DNA of 26,737 bases from a virus. Lineage: Duplodnaviria > Heunggongvirae > Uroviricota > Caudoviricetes. The notes beneath the pieces were generated by a model. That model did not search any database, was not told the DNA's origin, and saw only the letters and a list, made by a program, of their open reading frames with translations. The DNA lies in IMG/VR virus record IMGVR_UViG_2703718837_000009. One strand, given 5' to 3'. The translations under genes were made by a program, and so were the position numbers. This document shows, one piece after another, positions 1-8,970 of the stretch (position 1 is its first letter; each line of letters opens with the position of its first letter).

Positions 1-591
1 ATGTCTCGAATTTTTGCTTACTGTCGGATATCAACGCTGGATCAGACCACCGAAAATCAACGCCGGGAAATCGAAAGTGCAGGTTTTAAAATCAAACCTC
101 AGCAAATAATCGAAGAACACATTAGCGGCTCAGCAGCAACCAGTGAGCGTCCTGGTTTTAACCGGTTGCTTGCTCGCCTGAAATGTGGTGATCAATTGAT
201 TGTGACAAAACTGGATCGCCTTGGTTGTAATGCAATGGATATCAGGAAAACAGTGGAACAACTGACCGAAACAGGTATCAGAGTGCATTGCTTAGCATTG
301 GGTGGCATTGACCTGACCAGTCCAACAGGAAAAATGATGATGCAAGTAATTTCAGCAGTCGCTGAATTTGAACGAGACCTTTTACTTGAACGCACTCATT
401 CCGGGATAGTAAGAGCCCGCGGCGCAGGGAAACGTTTTGGTCGACCACCTGTGTTAAATGAAGAACAGAAACAGGTGGTATTCGAACGAATTAAGTCAGG
501 TGTAAGTATAAGTGCCATTGCCCGGGAATTCAAAACCTCGCGGCAAACCATTTTAAGAGCCAAAGCAAAACTTCAGACACCTGACATATAA
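1..591 (+). CDS. pinR: Serine recombinase / DNA invertase (Pin family)
   Basis: 196-aa ORF starting at window position 1; N-terminal resolvase/invertase catalytic region (YCRISTLDQ) and C-terminal HTH; recognised as the Rac prophage Pin invertase. Confidence 0.9.
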
Positions 592-688
592 AAAATAATC
601 TCGGTGTGAGATGCTTTACGTCTTCCAAGCCCCCTTCCTTGCCGTAAATGGAAAGATACATCTAATTATAGAATTTATATGTTTTACC

Positions 689-1264
689 CTACGGCAGTGC
701 TGGCCATTCAATATTCTGTGCAGTTGACGTATCAACACGGTTCAGCAATACCCGATACTTTTTCCATGCTTCCAGCAACGAGATTTCTTCCTCCGTTGCA
801 ATTTCCAGATCTGCAGCATCCTGAAGCGGCGCAATATGCTCACTGGCTACCTGCATCAGGTTGTTTTTTGTTTCTTCCGCCTCCCGGATCCGGAACAGTT
901 TTTCTGCTTCCGTATCCTTCACCCAGGCTGTGCCGTTCCACTTCTGAAACTCCCCTTCCGGCGATAACCAGGTAACATTTTCCGGTAACGGACCGAGTTC
1001 AGAAATAAATAACGCGTTGCCGGAAGCCACGTCATAAACCGTTTTACCCCGATGATCTTCAACGAGATGCCACGATGACTCATCACTGTTGAAAACAGCC
1101 ACGAAGCCAGCCGGAATATCTGGCGGTGCAATATCGGTACTGTTTGCTGGCAGACCTGTATGAGGCGGAATATATGCATCACCTTCACCAATAAATTCAT
1201 TAGTTCCGGCCAGCAGATTATAAATTTTTATGGTCCGTGGTTGTTCACTCATTCTGAATGCCAT
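689..1264 (-). CDS. tfaR: Tail fibre assembly protein
   Basis: 191-aa ORF recognised as Tfa family; its start overlaps the stop of the upstream tail-fibre remnant (TAATG). Confidence 0.85.
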   Translation of the reverse strand: MAFRMSEQPRTIKIYNLLAGTNEFIGEGDAYIPPHTGLPANSTDIAPPDIPAGFVAVFNSDESSWHLVEDHRGKTVYDVASGNALFISELGPLPENVTWLSPEGEFQKWNGTAWVKDTEAEKLFRIREAEETKNNLMQVASEHIAPLQDAADLEIATEEEISLLEAWKKYRVLLNRVDTSTAQNIEWPALP

Positions 1265-1887
1265 TATGCAAGCCTCACAATATAGTTAAATGCGATGTTT
1301 TTGACGGTGTTTTCCGCGTTACCAGCAGCGTTAACGGTGATGGTGTGTCCATGTGAACCAATCGCAACGGAGTGCGTATGAGCACCAATACCGACAGTAT
1401 GCGCGTGTGCACCTGCGCTTGCAGCAGTGCCGGACAGTGAGTGGGTATGTGCGCCAGCAGATGATGTTGCATAGTTTTGATTATGCACAACAGACAATCT
1501 TGTTGATGCACTACCAGCACCGGAGTTAGCACTACCCGCCATCGCATACGCGCTGAACCATTCATTCACGCGCACAGACGGCCCCGCCATCACGCTGAAC
1601 CAGCGGTTACGCACGGAATCTTCATGCCAGCGGGTATCGCTGTAACGGGTAAGCTGGCGATTCTTGTCTCCTGCATAGCTGAATGACGTCACCAGCCCCA
1701 GTGTGTCCGTAAACTCATAACGGTATTTCACGTTAATCCCGTTAAGATCATCGCTGCCGGGAACGTTCGTCGAGGCATGAAGATACCCCGCGCTCAGCGT
1801 GGACTGATGTTCAGATGCCCATGCAGGCGCACCGGATACGGCCAGACAAATGGCTGCGGACAAAATGGCGGCATAAAGTTTACGCAT
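1264..1887 (-). CDS. Chimeric ORF: Lom/Ail-like outer-membrane protein N-terminus fused in frame to side-tail-fibre C-terminus
   Basis: 207 aa; residues ~1-125 have a signal peptide and Lom-like beta-barrel motifs ([21 protein letters not shown]); last ~80 residues are the His/Gly-rich tail-fibre C-terminus ending [11 protein letters not shown]; sits where lomR-stfR lie in reference Rac. Confidence 0.6.
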
Positions 1888-1956
1888 AATTACCTCTCGC
1901 TTTTCTGCAATAAAAAAGGCACCATTTCTGGTGCCCTTATATGGGTTATAACAATT

Positions 1957-2475
1957 TCAACGAATACTGATGCCGGAAGCGGCTTTTTTGGTCACAATCA
2001 CCGTACAGTCGGTGATATTGCCTGCCCCCTGATTGCCTTTCTGGAAAATCTTAAACTCCAGAGTGACGCTACCACCACCACTAGGCATATCAATAACTGC
2101 ACTGTAACTACCGGGAATGGCCCCTTTAGTTTCTCTGGATGCGATTAATACGCCGTTTTTGCGAACTTCAAAACCATAACCCGTGTATCGCGTGCCTCCT
2201 GGGTTATTTCCGCTCCCCGGATCGTCATACGCTATACCGTTAAAAATAATGGGCGGAATAATAATCTGGCGGTCAAAGTTATGATCATCGCTGATGGTGA
2301 CTGTAACCGTACCGTTTGGTGTTTCCGTGTTACCCCACGTACCGACTTTTTTCGGGAAGGCTTTTGATACAGCTTTAACGAAATCCCCTCTGACCTGGGT
2401 CGCCTCCAGCATGCCCTTAATCGTACAGTTCTGGTTAATCGTGACATTGTTGAGCGTTCCTGAGTTCGCATTCAC
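1957..2475 (-). CDS. Putative phage tail protein fragment (position of tmpR/ynaA)
   Basis: 172-aa ORF between the tail-fibre remnant and the ydaY-position gene; Gly/Thr/Asn-rich composition typical of tail proteins; identity not verified. Confidence 0.35.
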   Translation of the reverse strand: MNANSGTLNNVTINQNCTIKGMLEATQVRGDFVKAVSKAFPKKVGTWGNTETPNGTVTVTISDDHNFDRQIIIPPIIFNGIAYDDPGSGNNPGGTRYTGYGFEVRKNGVLIASRETKGAIPGSYSAVIDMPSGGGSVTLEFKIFQKGNQGAGNITDCTVIVTKKAASGISIR

Positions 2476-2504
2476 ACTACCACTGATATCCGCATTTTTA
2501 GCGG

Positions 2505-3224
2505 TCAGCTTCCGGAATCCAGATACAGCTCGGTCATTCCGCCGCTGTTTTTCTGCGTCTGTTTCTGCCCTAACTGGACAGCACCGATCGTCATAAACAA
2601 TTCACCACAGCGACCGAGATTCGTGTACGTATTCACATCCTCGTTAATGCGCCCCATGAATGAGAACGGTCGATCAACCGAACAGATAAAGCTGTTCATT
2701 GCCTTGCGTTTCACCCACGAAGCATGGCCGCCATTGTCACCAAGAAAATCCCCGCCCTGCGACATAGCGATGGAAAGAGCAGGTATTGATTCGTAGTACG
2801 CCAGCATTTCAGAAAGGATCGCATCCAGTTTCCTTATCGGAAAATAGGCCTGGTCATAGTTGCGATCCACCCGAAACTGGAACTCGTGATAATCATCATC
2901 GAGCTGAATGAAGTATTTACACCCGACCAGTTTTGCCAGGTCGAAACAGGCATTACGGGCGTAAAAAATTGAGCGGCGGTCACAGAAATTATCGGCTTCG
3001 TCAAAACGACTGGCGATATCGGCTTTGGAAAACACCAGCACCTGTTCACCAAATTCAGCCATGTACTGATGCCGTGTCTTATCTTCATCATCAACAACGA
3101 TAAAAATTTTCCCGGTATAGCCAGCACGACGCAACGTCCGGTAAGTCAGAACTTTGTCCGGTCGCCCGTGAGTCAGAATAAAGGCGCAAAAATCATCACG
3201 CATATTCCTCCTCCTCACCACCAT
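2505..3224 (-). CDS. Hypothetical protein with DxD-type acidic motifs (position of ydaY)
   Basis: 239-aa ORF whose 5' end overlaps the 3' end of the ParB-like gene by 29 nt (alternative ATG at 3203 gives an 8-nt overlap); contains IVVDDED and QLDDDY motifs; function unknown. Confidence 0.6.
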   Translation of the reverse strand: MVVRRRNMRDDFCAFILTHGRPDKVLTYRTLRRAGYTGKIFIVVDDEDKTRHQYMAEFGEQVLVFSKADIASRFDEADNFCDRRSIFYARNACFDLAKLVGCKYFIQLDDDYHEFQFRVDRNYDQAYFPIRKLDAILSEMLAYYESIPALSIAMSQGGDFLGDNGGHASWVKRKAMNSFICSVDRPFSFMGRINEDVNTYTNLGRCGELFMTIGAVQLGQKQTQKNSGGMTELYLDSGS

Positions 3225-3987
3225 GCATGATCTCCACCATGCGCTGCGTCATCCGGACAAATCCATTTTCAATAGCCTGCTGATAATCAATGATCACCAG
3301 CGCCGACTCCTCGAAAAAACACTGAATTTCAGAGGGGGCGTGAGCGTAATAGTCCGCAATTCTGCTGAAATTAAACACCGTGTGACGTTCTGCCGCACAC
3401 AGGAGGAATTTCTCAATATCAGGCTCAAGGGACGCCGAACGTATCCGGCTGATCAGCTCCTGAGTTTTCGTATCGTCGTACAGTTCACTGATATCCGGTT
3501 TACCGCCCGACGGCTCATAAACAGGCGTATCAATTTTCGTCGTATACGGCTCCTCCTCATTTCCTGTACCGGGCAAAACATCCGTCAACAGTTCATCAAT
3601 TTCTGTCGGGATGAAGCCTGTCAGGGAGACATCAAAATCAGCATTGATTAGGTCCGACAGCTCCATCCGCAACAGATCTTCATCCCAGCCAGCATTCATC
3701 GGCAGGCGATTATCTGCCAGGCGGTACGCCTTTTTCTGCTCATCCGTCAGGCCAGACAGAACAATGACCGGAACAGAATCCATTTTGAGCATTTCAGCCG
3801 CCATAACACGACCGTGACCCGCAATAATTTCGCCCTTTTCGTCAATCAGCACCGGATTAGTCCAGCCGAATTGCTTAATACTTTCTACCAGTTGTGCCAC
3901 CTGCTCAGTACTGTGCGTCCTGGCGTTGTGCGCATACGGTGACAATTCTTGTAATGGGCGATAGACTATCTTTAATTTCTCGCTCAT
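3196..3987 (-). CDS. ynaK: ParB-like nuclease domain protein
   Basis: 263-aa ORF with ParB N-terminal/Srx-type motifs (NPVLID..GEIIAGHGR); position matches ynaK next to trkG; full length here. Confidence 0.8.
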   Translation of the reverse strand: MSEKLKIVYRPLQELSPYAHNARTHSTEQVAQLVESIKQFGWTNPVLIDEKGEIIAGHGRVMAAEMLKMDSVPVIVLSGLTDEQKKAYRLADNRLPMNAGWDEDLLRMELSDLINADFDVSLTGFIPTEIDELLTDVLPGTGNEEEPYTTKIDTPVYEPSGGKPDISELYDDTKTQELISRIRSASLEPDIEKFLLCAAERHTVFNFSRIADYYAHAPSEIQCFFEESALVIIDYQQAIENGFVRMTQRMVEIMHGGEEEEYA

Positions 3988-4124
3988 ACAGCCTTGCTTT
4001 ATGAATAAAACGCACCCCAGCAGCCATTGCTACTGGGGACGGAGGTGTTGCTGGTAAAGTTAGGTATTGGATCAATGAGTGAGTCAACATAATATTAAAC
4101 TCACAATTATAAATCAGCCATATA

Positions 4125-5582
4125 TTAGGAGCGCCAAAAAAAACCTGAAAACAATATAATAACAGGATAAATTTCAAGGCGACCAAGAATCATAGCTATG
4201 CACATTAAGCATTTTGCAATGTCATTAAGCACTCCGAATGACGATGCAGTAGCCCCAAAACCTAATCCCATATTATTAATACATGCAGCCACTGTTGCAA
4301 ATGATGTAAGAAAATCATATCCCATACCATTTAACACCAGTATAAAAAACACCGTGAAGAGAGTATAAAGAAAAAAGAAACTCCATACAGACCTCATTAC
4401 ACGATCTGTAACTATCTTCCCTCCTACATTTACACTCAACAACGCTCTGGGATGAGAAAGCTGATTTATCTCGTGTTTGCTTTGTTTGAAAAGTATAAGA
4501 AATCGAAGTGACTTAATTCCACCACAAGTTGAACCTATACATCCCCCAAAGAAACTTGACAACAGCAAAAACACTATCGTGTGCGTGGGCCAACTTGCAT
4601 AATCCTGCGTAGCTAAACCATTATCAGTGAGCATGGAGCTGGCAAGAAAAAACGAATGAATAAAACTTCCATGCAAGTCATACATACCTATATGCCAGAC
4701 CTGGAAAGAGGTAACAATGATCACCCCTAAGGCTATTAACAGAAAGAAACGAAGTTCAATATCTCTGATTAAAGGTTTTATCGTTTTCCTGCTAATAACA
4801 ATATACCAAAGAGTGAAGTTGAAAGCCGATAGCAGGGAAAAAGAACCAGCCACCAGCTCAACCAAATAGTTATTAAAATATCCGATACTCTCGCTATGAG
4901 TTGAGAAACCACCAAGCGAAACTGTGGAAATCCCGTGACAAATAGCATCAAACAAAGGCATTCCTGCAAGTCTATAACAGACAATACAAGCAATACCTAA
5001 TAAAGAATAAGTTATCCACAGTGTCCGTGACGTATCGGCCAGGCGGGGAGTGAGTTTGTCATCCTTAAATGGCCCCGGCATTTCTGACTGATAAAGCTTT
5101 GCACCACCAATACCCAATAATGGCAATACAGCAACCGCCAGAACAATAACTCCTAAACCACCTATAAAATTTAACTGTGACCGATAGTACAAATATGCCC
5201 GAGGTAATGAACTAACATCATCAATTACAGTTGCTCCTGTTGTTGTTATTCCAGAAACCCCTTCAAACAGAGCATCAATGAACGTTAAATTAAGTTCTGA
5301 GTCAATCCATAAAGGGAATGCACTAATAACAGAAAACAAAATCCAAAACATTACAATTATAATAAACCCATCACGGGTACGTAATTGAATGCCAGATTTC
5401 TTAGTTGTATACCACGCTCCGCCACCAATGCAAAAAAATATAACGAAAGTTATAAAGAAAACAAACAGGCTTTTTTCTTTATAAAACAATGCTACAACCA
5501 TTGGTGGCAACATTGAAAGACTATAGAGCCAAACCAGGAACCCACACATATGAGTAACAACTCTTACATGAGATGTATTCAT
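4125..5582 (-). CDS. trkG: Trk-system potassium uptake protein
   Basis: Polytopic membrane protein recognised as TrkG; 485 aa when started at MNTSHVRVV (the ORF track extends 6 codons upstream); gene is visibly AT-rich. Confidence 0.9.
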   Translation of the reverse strand: MNTSHVRVVTHMCGFLVWLYSLSMLPPMVVALFYKEKSLFVFFITFVIFFCIGGGAWYTTKKSGIQLRTRDGFIIIVMFWILFSVISAFPLWIDSELNLTFIDALFEGVSGITTTGATVIDDVSSLPRAYLYYRSQLNFIGGLGVIVLAVAVLPLLGIGGAKLYQSEMPGPFKDDKLTPRLADTSRTLWITYSLLGIACIVCYRLAGMPLFDAICHGISTVSLGGFSTHSESIGYFNNYLVELVAGSFSLLSAFNFTLWYIVISRKTIKPLIRDIELRFFLLIALGVIIVTSFQVWHIGMYDLHGSFIHSFFLASSMLTDNGLATQDYASWPTHTIVFLLLSSFFGGCIGSTCGGIKSLRFLILFKQSKHEINQLSHPRALLSVNVGGKIVTDRVMRSVWSFFFLYTLFTVFFILVLNGMGYDFLTSFATVAACINNMGLGFGATASSFGVLNDIAKCLMCIAMILGRLEIYPVIILFSGFFWRS

Positions 5583-5719
5583 ATCTAAATATTCTTTCAA
5601 TTATAACCACCTTGCTGCAATATTATGATTATACTGTATAAAATTTAACTCCTCTTAGATCTTACTTCACTGTTCCTTATGAAACAATCATCAAAATGAA
5701 TCATATTGTAGTTAAGATT

Positions 5720-6184
5720 TTACTTTAAACACTGCTCGGTTATGTATTGCTGAGCACCTTCAAGTTGGGCCTGCATCATTACCAGTCGTTCCCGGAGGGT
5801 GAAATAATCCCGTTCAGCGGTGTCTGCCAGTCGGGGGGAGGCTGCATTATCCACGCCGGAGGCGGTGGTGGCTTCACGCACTGACTGACAGACTGCTTTG
5901 ATGTGCAACCGACGACGACCAGCGGCAACATCATCACGCAGAGCATCATTTTCAGCTTTCGCATCAGCTAACTCCTTCGTGTATTTTGCATCGAGCGCAG
6001 CAACATCACGCTGACGCATCTGCATCTCAGTAATTGCCGCGTTCGCCAGCTTCAGTTCTCTGGCATTTTTGTCGCGCTGTTCTTTGTAGGCGATGGCGTT
6101 ATCACGGTAATGATTAACACCCCATGACAGGCAGACGACGATGCAGATAACCAGAGCGGAGATAATCGCGGTTACTCTGCTCAT
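5720..6184 (-). CDS. rzpR: Rz i-spanin (inner-membrane spanin)
   Basis: 154-aa ORF, N-terminal TM segment then coiled-coil; near-identical in pattern to lambda Rz; start overlaps the endolysin stop. Confidence 0.9.
   Translation of the reverse strand: MSRVTAIISALVICIVVCLSWGVNHYRDNAIAYKEQRDKNARELKLANAAITEMQMRQRDVAALDAKYTKELADAKAENDALRDDVAAGRRRLHIKAVCQSVREATTASGVDNAASPRLADTAERDYFTLRERLVMMQAQLEGAQQYITEQCLK
5779..5964 (-). CDS. rzoR: Rz1 o-spanin lipoprotein, embedded in +1 frame of Rz
   Basis: 61-aa ORF wholly inside Rz; lipobox LVVVGC and proline-rich stretch PPPPPAW..PPPDW typical of Rz1. Confidence 0.85.
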   Translation of the reverse strand: MRKLKMMLCVMMLPLVVVGCTSKQSVSQCVKPPPPPAWIMQPPPDWQTPLNGIISPSGNDW

Positions 6185-6657
6185 ACCTCAATCTCTCTGA
6201 CCGTTCCGCCAGCTTCTTTGAATTTTGCAATCAGACTGTCAGCCTTATGCTCGAACTGACCATAACCAGCGCCCGGCAGTGAAGCCCATATATTGCTGCA
6301 ACGGTCGATAGCCTGACGGATATCACCGCGATCAATCATCGGCAAAGCGCCACGCTCTTTAATCTGCTGCAGCGCTACAGCATCCTGACTTTCTGGAGAA
6401 AAATCTTTCAGGCCAAGTTGCTTGCGGTAGGCATCCCACCAGCGTGAAAGAAGCTGGTAACGTCCAGCGGCTGTTGATTTGAGTTTCGGATTTAGCGTGA
6501 CAAGTTTGCGGGGGTGATCGGAGTAATCAGTGAACAGTTCGCCACCGACAATAACATCATAACCGTGATTTCTGGTTTTCTGCCGTCCGTTATCTGTTCC
6601 TTCTGACCATGCCACCATATCAAGGAAAGCTTTACGCTGGGAATTAAGTGTCTGCAT
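6181..6657 (-). CDS. Endolysin, lambda R-type lytic transglycosylase
   Basis: 158-aa ORF closely matching lambda R as I recall it ([33 protein letters not shown]...). Confidence 0.9.
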   Translation of the reverse strand: MQTLNSQRKAFLDMVAWSEGTDNGRQKTRNHGYDVIVGGELFTDYSDHPRKLVTLNPKLKSTAAGRYQLLSRWWDAYRKQLGLKDFSPESQDAVALQQIKERGALPMIDRGDIRQAIDRCSNIWASLPGAGYGQFEHKADSLIAKFKEAGGTVREIEV

Positions 6658-6660
6658 TAA

Positions 6661-7002
6661 TTACTCCTTATGGGCACCGAACTTGTTACCGATGACCCTC
6701 ATTGCCGCACCACGAATAGCATCAACACCAATCAGCCCCACCCCACCACCAATGGCAACAGAAAGTGATTTAGGCCATCCGACATACTCAAGCGCGGATG
6801 CAAAGGTCAGCGTCAGAGCACCACAAAGCAGAATCTCAAGCGTTTTTCGTTTCCAGCCGCCGCCACCGCCAAAATAGGCAATGCGCAAACCAGCCATAAT
6901 AATTGACATAACCACTGCACCCAGCGGCGTATCTCCACGCCACCAACTTTGTAAGAGTTCCAGTAAGTCAGGCCAGGAATGAGGGGCATTGTGCATTTTC
7001 AT
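6661..7002 (-). CDS. Class I holin with dual-start (Met-Lys-Met) motif
   Basis: Small membrane protein directly upstream of R; SD GGAGGTGA precedes ATG-AAA-ATG (7002/6996), like lambda S107/S105; the track's 7011 start is a GTG inside the SD. Confidence 0.8.
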   Translation of the reverse strand: MKMHNAPHSWPDLLELLQSWWRGDTPLGAVVMSIIMAGLRIAYFGGGGGWKRKTLEILLCGALTLTFASALEYVGWPKSLSVAIGGGVGLIGVDAIRGAAMRVIGNKFGAHKE

Positions 7003-7100
7003 AAGCCTCACCTCCGAGAGTTCGGATGGTGCTAAGTGTAAGATTCAGGCTCTCAGGCTTGCTAACAAGAAGTCGAGGATGTTTCCGGAGCCTAACAACG

Positions 7101-7127
7101 AAAAAGCCCCGGGACATGCCGGGGTCA
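7101..7127 (-). terminator. Intrinsic terminator upstream of holin (tR'-like)
   Basis: On the minus strand GACCCCGG-catgt-CCCGGGGC hairpin followed by TTTTT, about 90 nt upstream of the holin start. Confidence 0.5.
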
Positions 7128-7349
7128 GATGGAGTGCCAGATTAAGCTTCTGGCGGTATATACTCGTGTTTGATATCGTTAAATCGCCAAAAGTAACAAT
7201 TCAAACAAAGAGGATTTTTATGTCTGAAAAAAACAAGCCACAAGATGAAAATAAACCTCAGCAACCCGTGGCACCAAAACCAACTCCAACACAAAGTACT
7301 ACAGACTTTGCTACACGTCGTGTTTTTGTTGGAGATTCTGCCGACTCAG

Positions 7350-7919
7350 TCATTGAACATATAAAAAAACAGCCGAGATAAACATCGCCGCTACCGGAGC
7401 AAGGATGGTATACATCCTTGCTTTATCGAGACTCGTGCGGATTTTCTCATTTTCCAACAGTAACTCTCTTGCTGTATCACTCAAGTCAACAAGGCGATAC
7501 CTTCGTATAAGCGGCAATAACTTATCAGGTCCTAAATATCCTGCATCAGCGAATATTTTAAAGCTCGAGGGCTCCATATCCTTATATTTTTCATGATATA
7601 GATGATCAGGAGGGGCATTGATCAGGCCCCTAACCTTCACAGATAAACCAGTACATACCAAGTAAATGGCGCACCATGTCCATAGTAATGTAAATGTGGT
7701 AATTCCGGCGGTGAGAAAATCGAAATTAGTTTTCTGTGTCAGCAATAAAAAAGATGAACCAATTCCAACAATCTGAATGTTCAGAAGTTTGTATCCATTC
7801 TCAACATTGGTTTTGTTAGAAAGATGAATCTCTCGTATCGTCTCTTCCCCTTGTTTTTCAAGATAATCGACGAGCTCATCATCTACTCCTAAAAAATAAT
7901 CTTTAGGTAGTTCTCTCAT
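7350..7919 (-). CDS. Hypothetical membrane protein (moron between Q and holin)
   Basis: 189-aa ORF with GGAGGTGAG SD just before the ATG; three hydrophobic segments; AT-rich; sits in the Q-S moron hotspot. Confidence 0.6.
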   Translation of the reverse strand: MRELPKDYFLGVDDELVDYLEKQGEETIREIHLSNKTNVENGYKLLNIQIVGIGSSFLLLTQKTNFDFLTAGITTFTLLWTWCAIYLVCTGLSVKVRGLINAPPDHLYHEKYKDMEPSSFKIFADAGYLGPDKLLPLIRRYRLVDLSDTARELLLENEKIRTSLDKARMYTILAPVAAMFISAVFLYVQ

Positions 7920-8027
7920 CTCACCTCCACATCCTGTACTGAAAACAATTTTACCAGAATGTCTCGATTCTAGGTATTCCGCCAGGAATCGCGCTCCAGA
8001 AATGAAACATCAGGTTCGCCAGTACCA

Positions 8028-8057
8028 GAAACAACAAAACCCGCTCAATGGCGGGTT
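8028..8057 (-). terminator. Intrinsic terminator downstream of Q-like gene
   Basis: Minus-strand hairpin AACCCGC-cattga-GCGGGTT followed by TTTTGTTGTTT. Confidence 0.45.
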
Positions 8058-8140
8058 CTGGTAAAGTTCATGCGCTTGGTTCGCCTCGCGATACAGCTTT
8101 GCGAAGCATACCGGAATTGAAGCAGTTTATGCGTAAAAAA

Positions 8141-8683
8141 TCAAGCTATTTTTTGAGCAAATGATTCTCGCATGGGAATATATAGGGCATACTCAGCAAC
8201 AGCCAACCAATTAGCAATTCGCTTTTCGCATGTGCTAAAACACCACTCAGGATGTGCATCATTTAGCAATTCAGCCATTTTGCGCTTAGTCATCCCCCGT
8301 CCTTCATACCGTTGCCGGAGGACACTAATCAATCCAGGATGCTCTGCCAGCACCTCACTTATGACTCTATCAATACATAACGCCTCTGCATCAGTACAAT
8401 GCGCCAGCCAGGTCTTTTGCTTGCCATTGATCATCTCTCGCAAAAACGCTTCCAGCTCAGGTTTCTCTATTCCCGCTTTTTTCATCCTGCGCAGGGCTTC
8501 ATTGACGGCTGTTTTCGTCAATTTTTTGGATGCCAGCAACTGGTTAAACATATTTCCCGTCTTACCGCCGCCAATATACGACCAGCGCCCCCACATGCGC
8601 AGTTTTCCCTGAATCCAGACACTTTCCAGCGTGGTGAGACGAAGGTGTTCCCCGCTTTTGCCTGTATTTGTTGGGTAAATCAT
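8141..8683 (-). CDS. Putative late-gene antiterminator (Q-like)
   Basis: 180 aa from ATG at 8683 (SD GGAAGG); immediately downstream of nin-type DUF1364/DUF1367 genes and upstream of the lysis cassette; family assignment from memory. Confidence 0.6.
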   Translation of the reverse strand: MIYPTNTGKSGEHLRLTTLESVWIQGKLRMWGRWSYIGGGKTGNMFNQLLASKKLTKTAVNEALRRMKKAGIEKPELEAFLREMINGKQKTWLAHCTDAEALCIDRVISEVLAEHPGLISVLRQRYEGRGMTKRKMAELLNDAHPEWCFSTCEKRIANWLAVAEYALYIPMRESFAQKIA

Positions 8684-8970
8684 AAATAACCTTCCTTTCT
8701 CCAGATTTCTTGTGTGCGAAAAACACCTTCTGCATGCATCAGGCGTAATTCTTCTTTGGTGTAATCGCTGGTTTTTACCCGCCCGTCGATTAAATCGTGG
8801 CATGAGCTACAGGCAATCGCTGCCTGCATATCGTGTGGTTTTGTCGCTGTTCCGCACGTCCCCGCCAGCCTGTAATGCGCCAGCACAGAGGTTTCGGGAT
8901 TGTGATTGCAGTAGCCAGGGATTCTGATCTGGCACATCTGGCCTTTAGCCGCTTTACGTAAATTCACCAT
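8680..8970 (-). CDS. DUF1364-family phage protein (YbcO-like, Cys-rich)
   Basis: 96-aa ORF resembling DLP12 YbcO (RKAA.G..CQ.RIPG.CN.NPETSVLAH..L.G.CGT.TKP.D...AIACS.CHD); 4-nt overlap with Q start. Confidence 0.7.
   Translation of the reverse strand: MVNLRKAAKGQMCQIRIPGYCNHNPETSVLAHYRLAGTCGTATKPHDMQAAIACSSCHDLIDGRVKTSDYTKEELRLMHAEGVFRTQEIWRKEGYL

Noticed and set aside
592-688. Possible Gin/Hin-type crossover (gix/hix-like) site next to pinR
   Set aside because: Only a weak CTCGGT core resemblance around 610-625; no convincing 26-bp dyad and no partner site identified, so no recombination site is called.
679-975. Plus-strand 98-aa ORF overlapping tfaR
   Set aside because: Antisense to the recognisable tail fibre assembly gene; proline/leucine-rich chance frame.
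1777-2148. Plus-strand 123-aa ORF spanning the Lom/tail-fibre chimera and tail-fragment genes
   Set aside because: Overlaps two minus-strand genes in antisense; no SD; Cys/Gly-rich chance translation.
7920-8140. Looked for tRNA genes in the Q-S interval, where lambdoid phages often carry them
   Set aside because: No T-loop (GGTTCGAATCC-like) or cloverleaf-compatible sequence seen; the only structured element is the terminator hairpin.
8172-8689. Plus-strand ORFs (146 and 96 aa) overlapping the Q-like gene
   Set aside because: Antisense to a gene with an SD and conserved context; Ser/Arg/Leu-rich chance frames.
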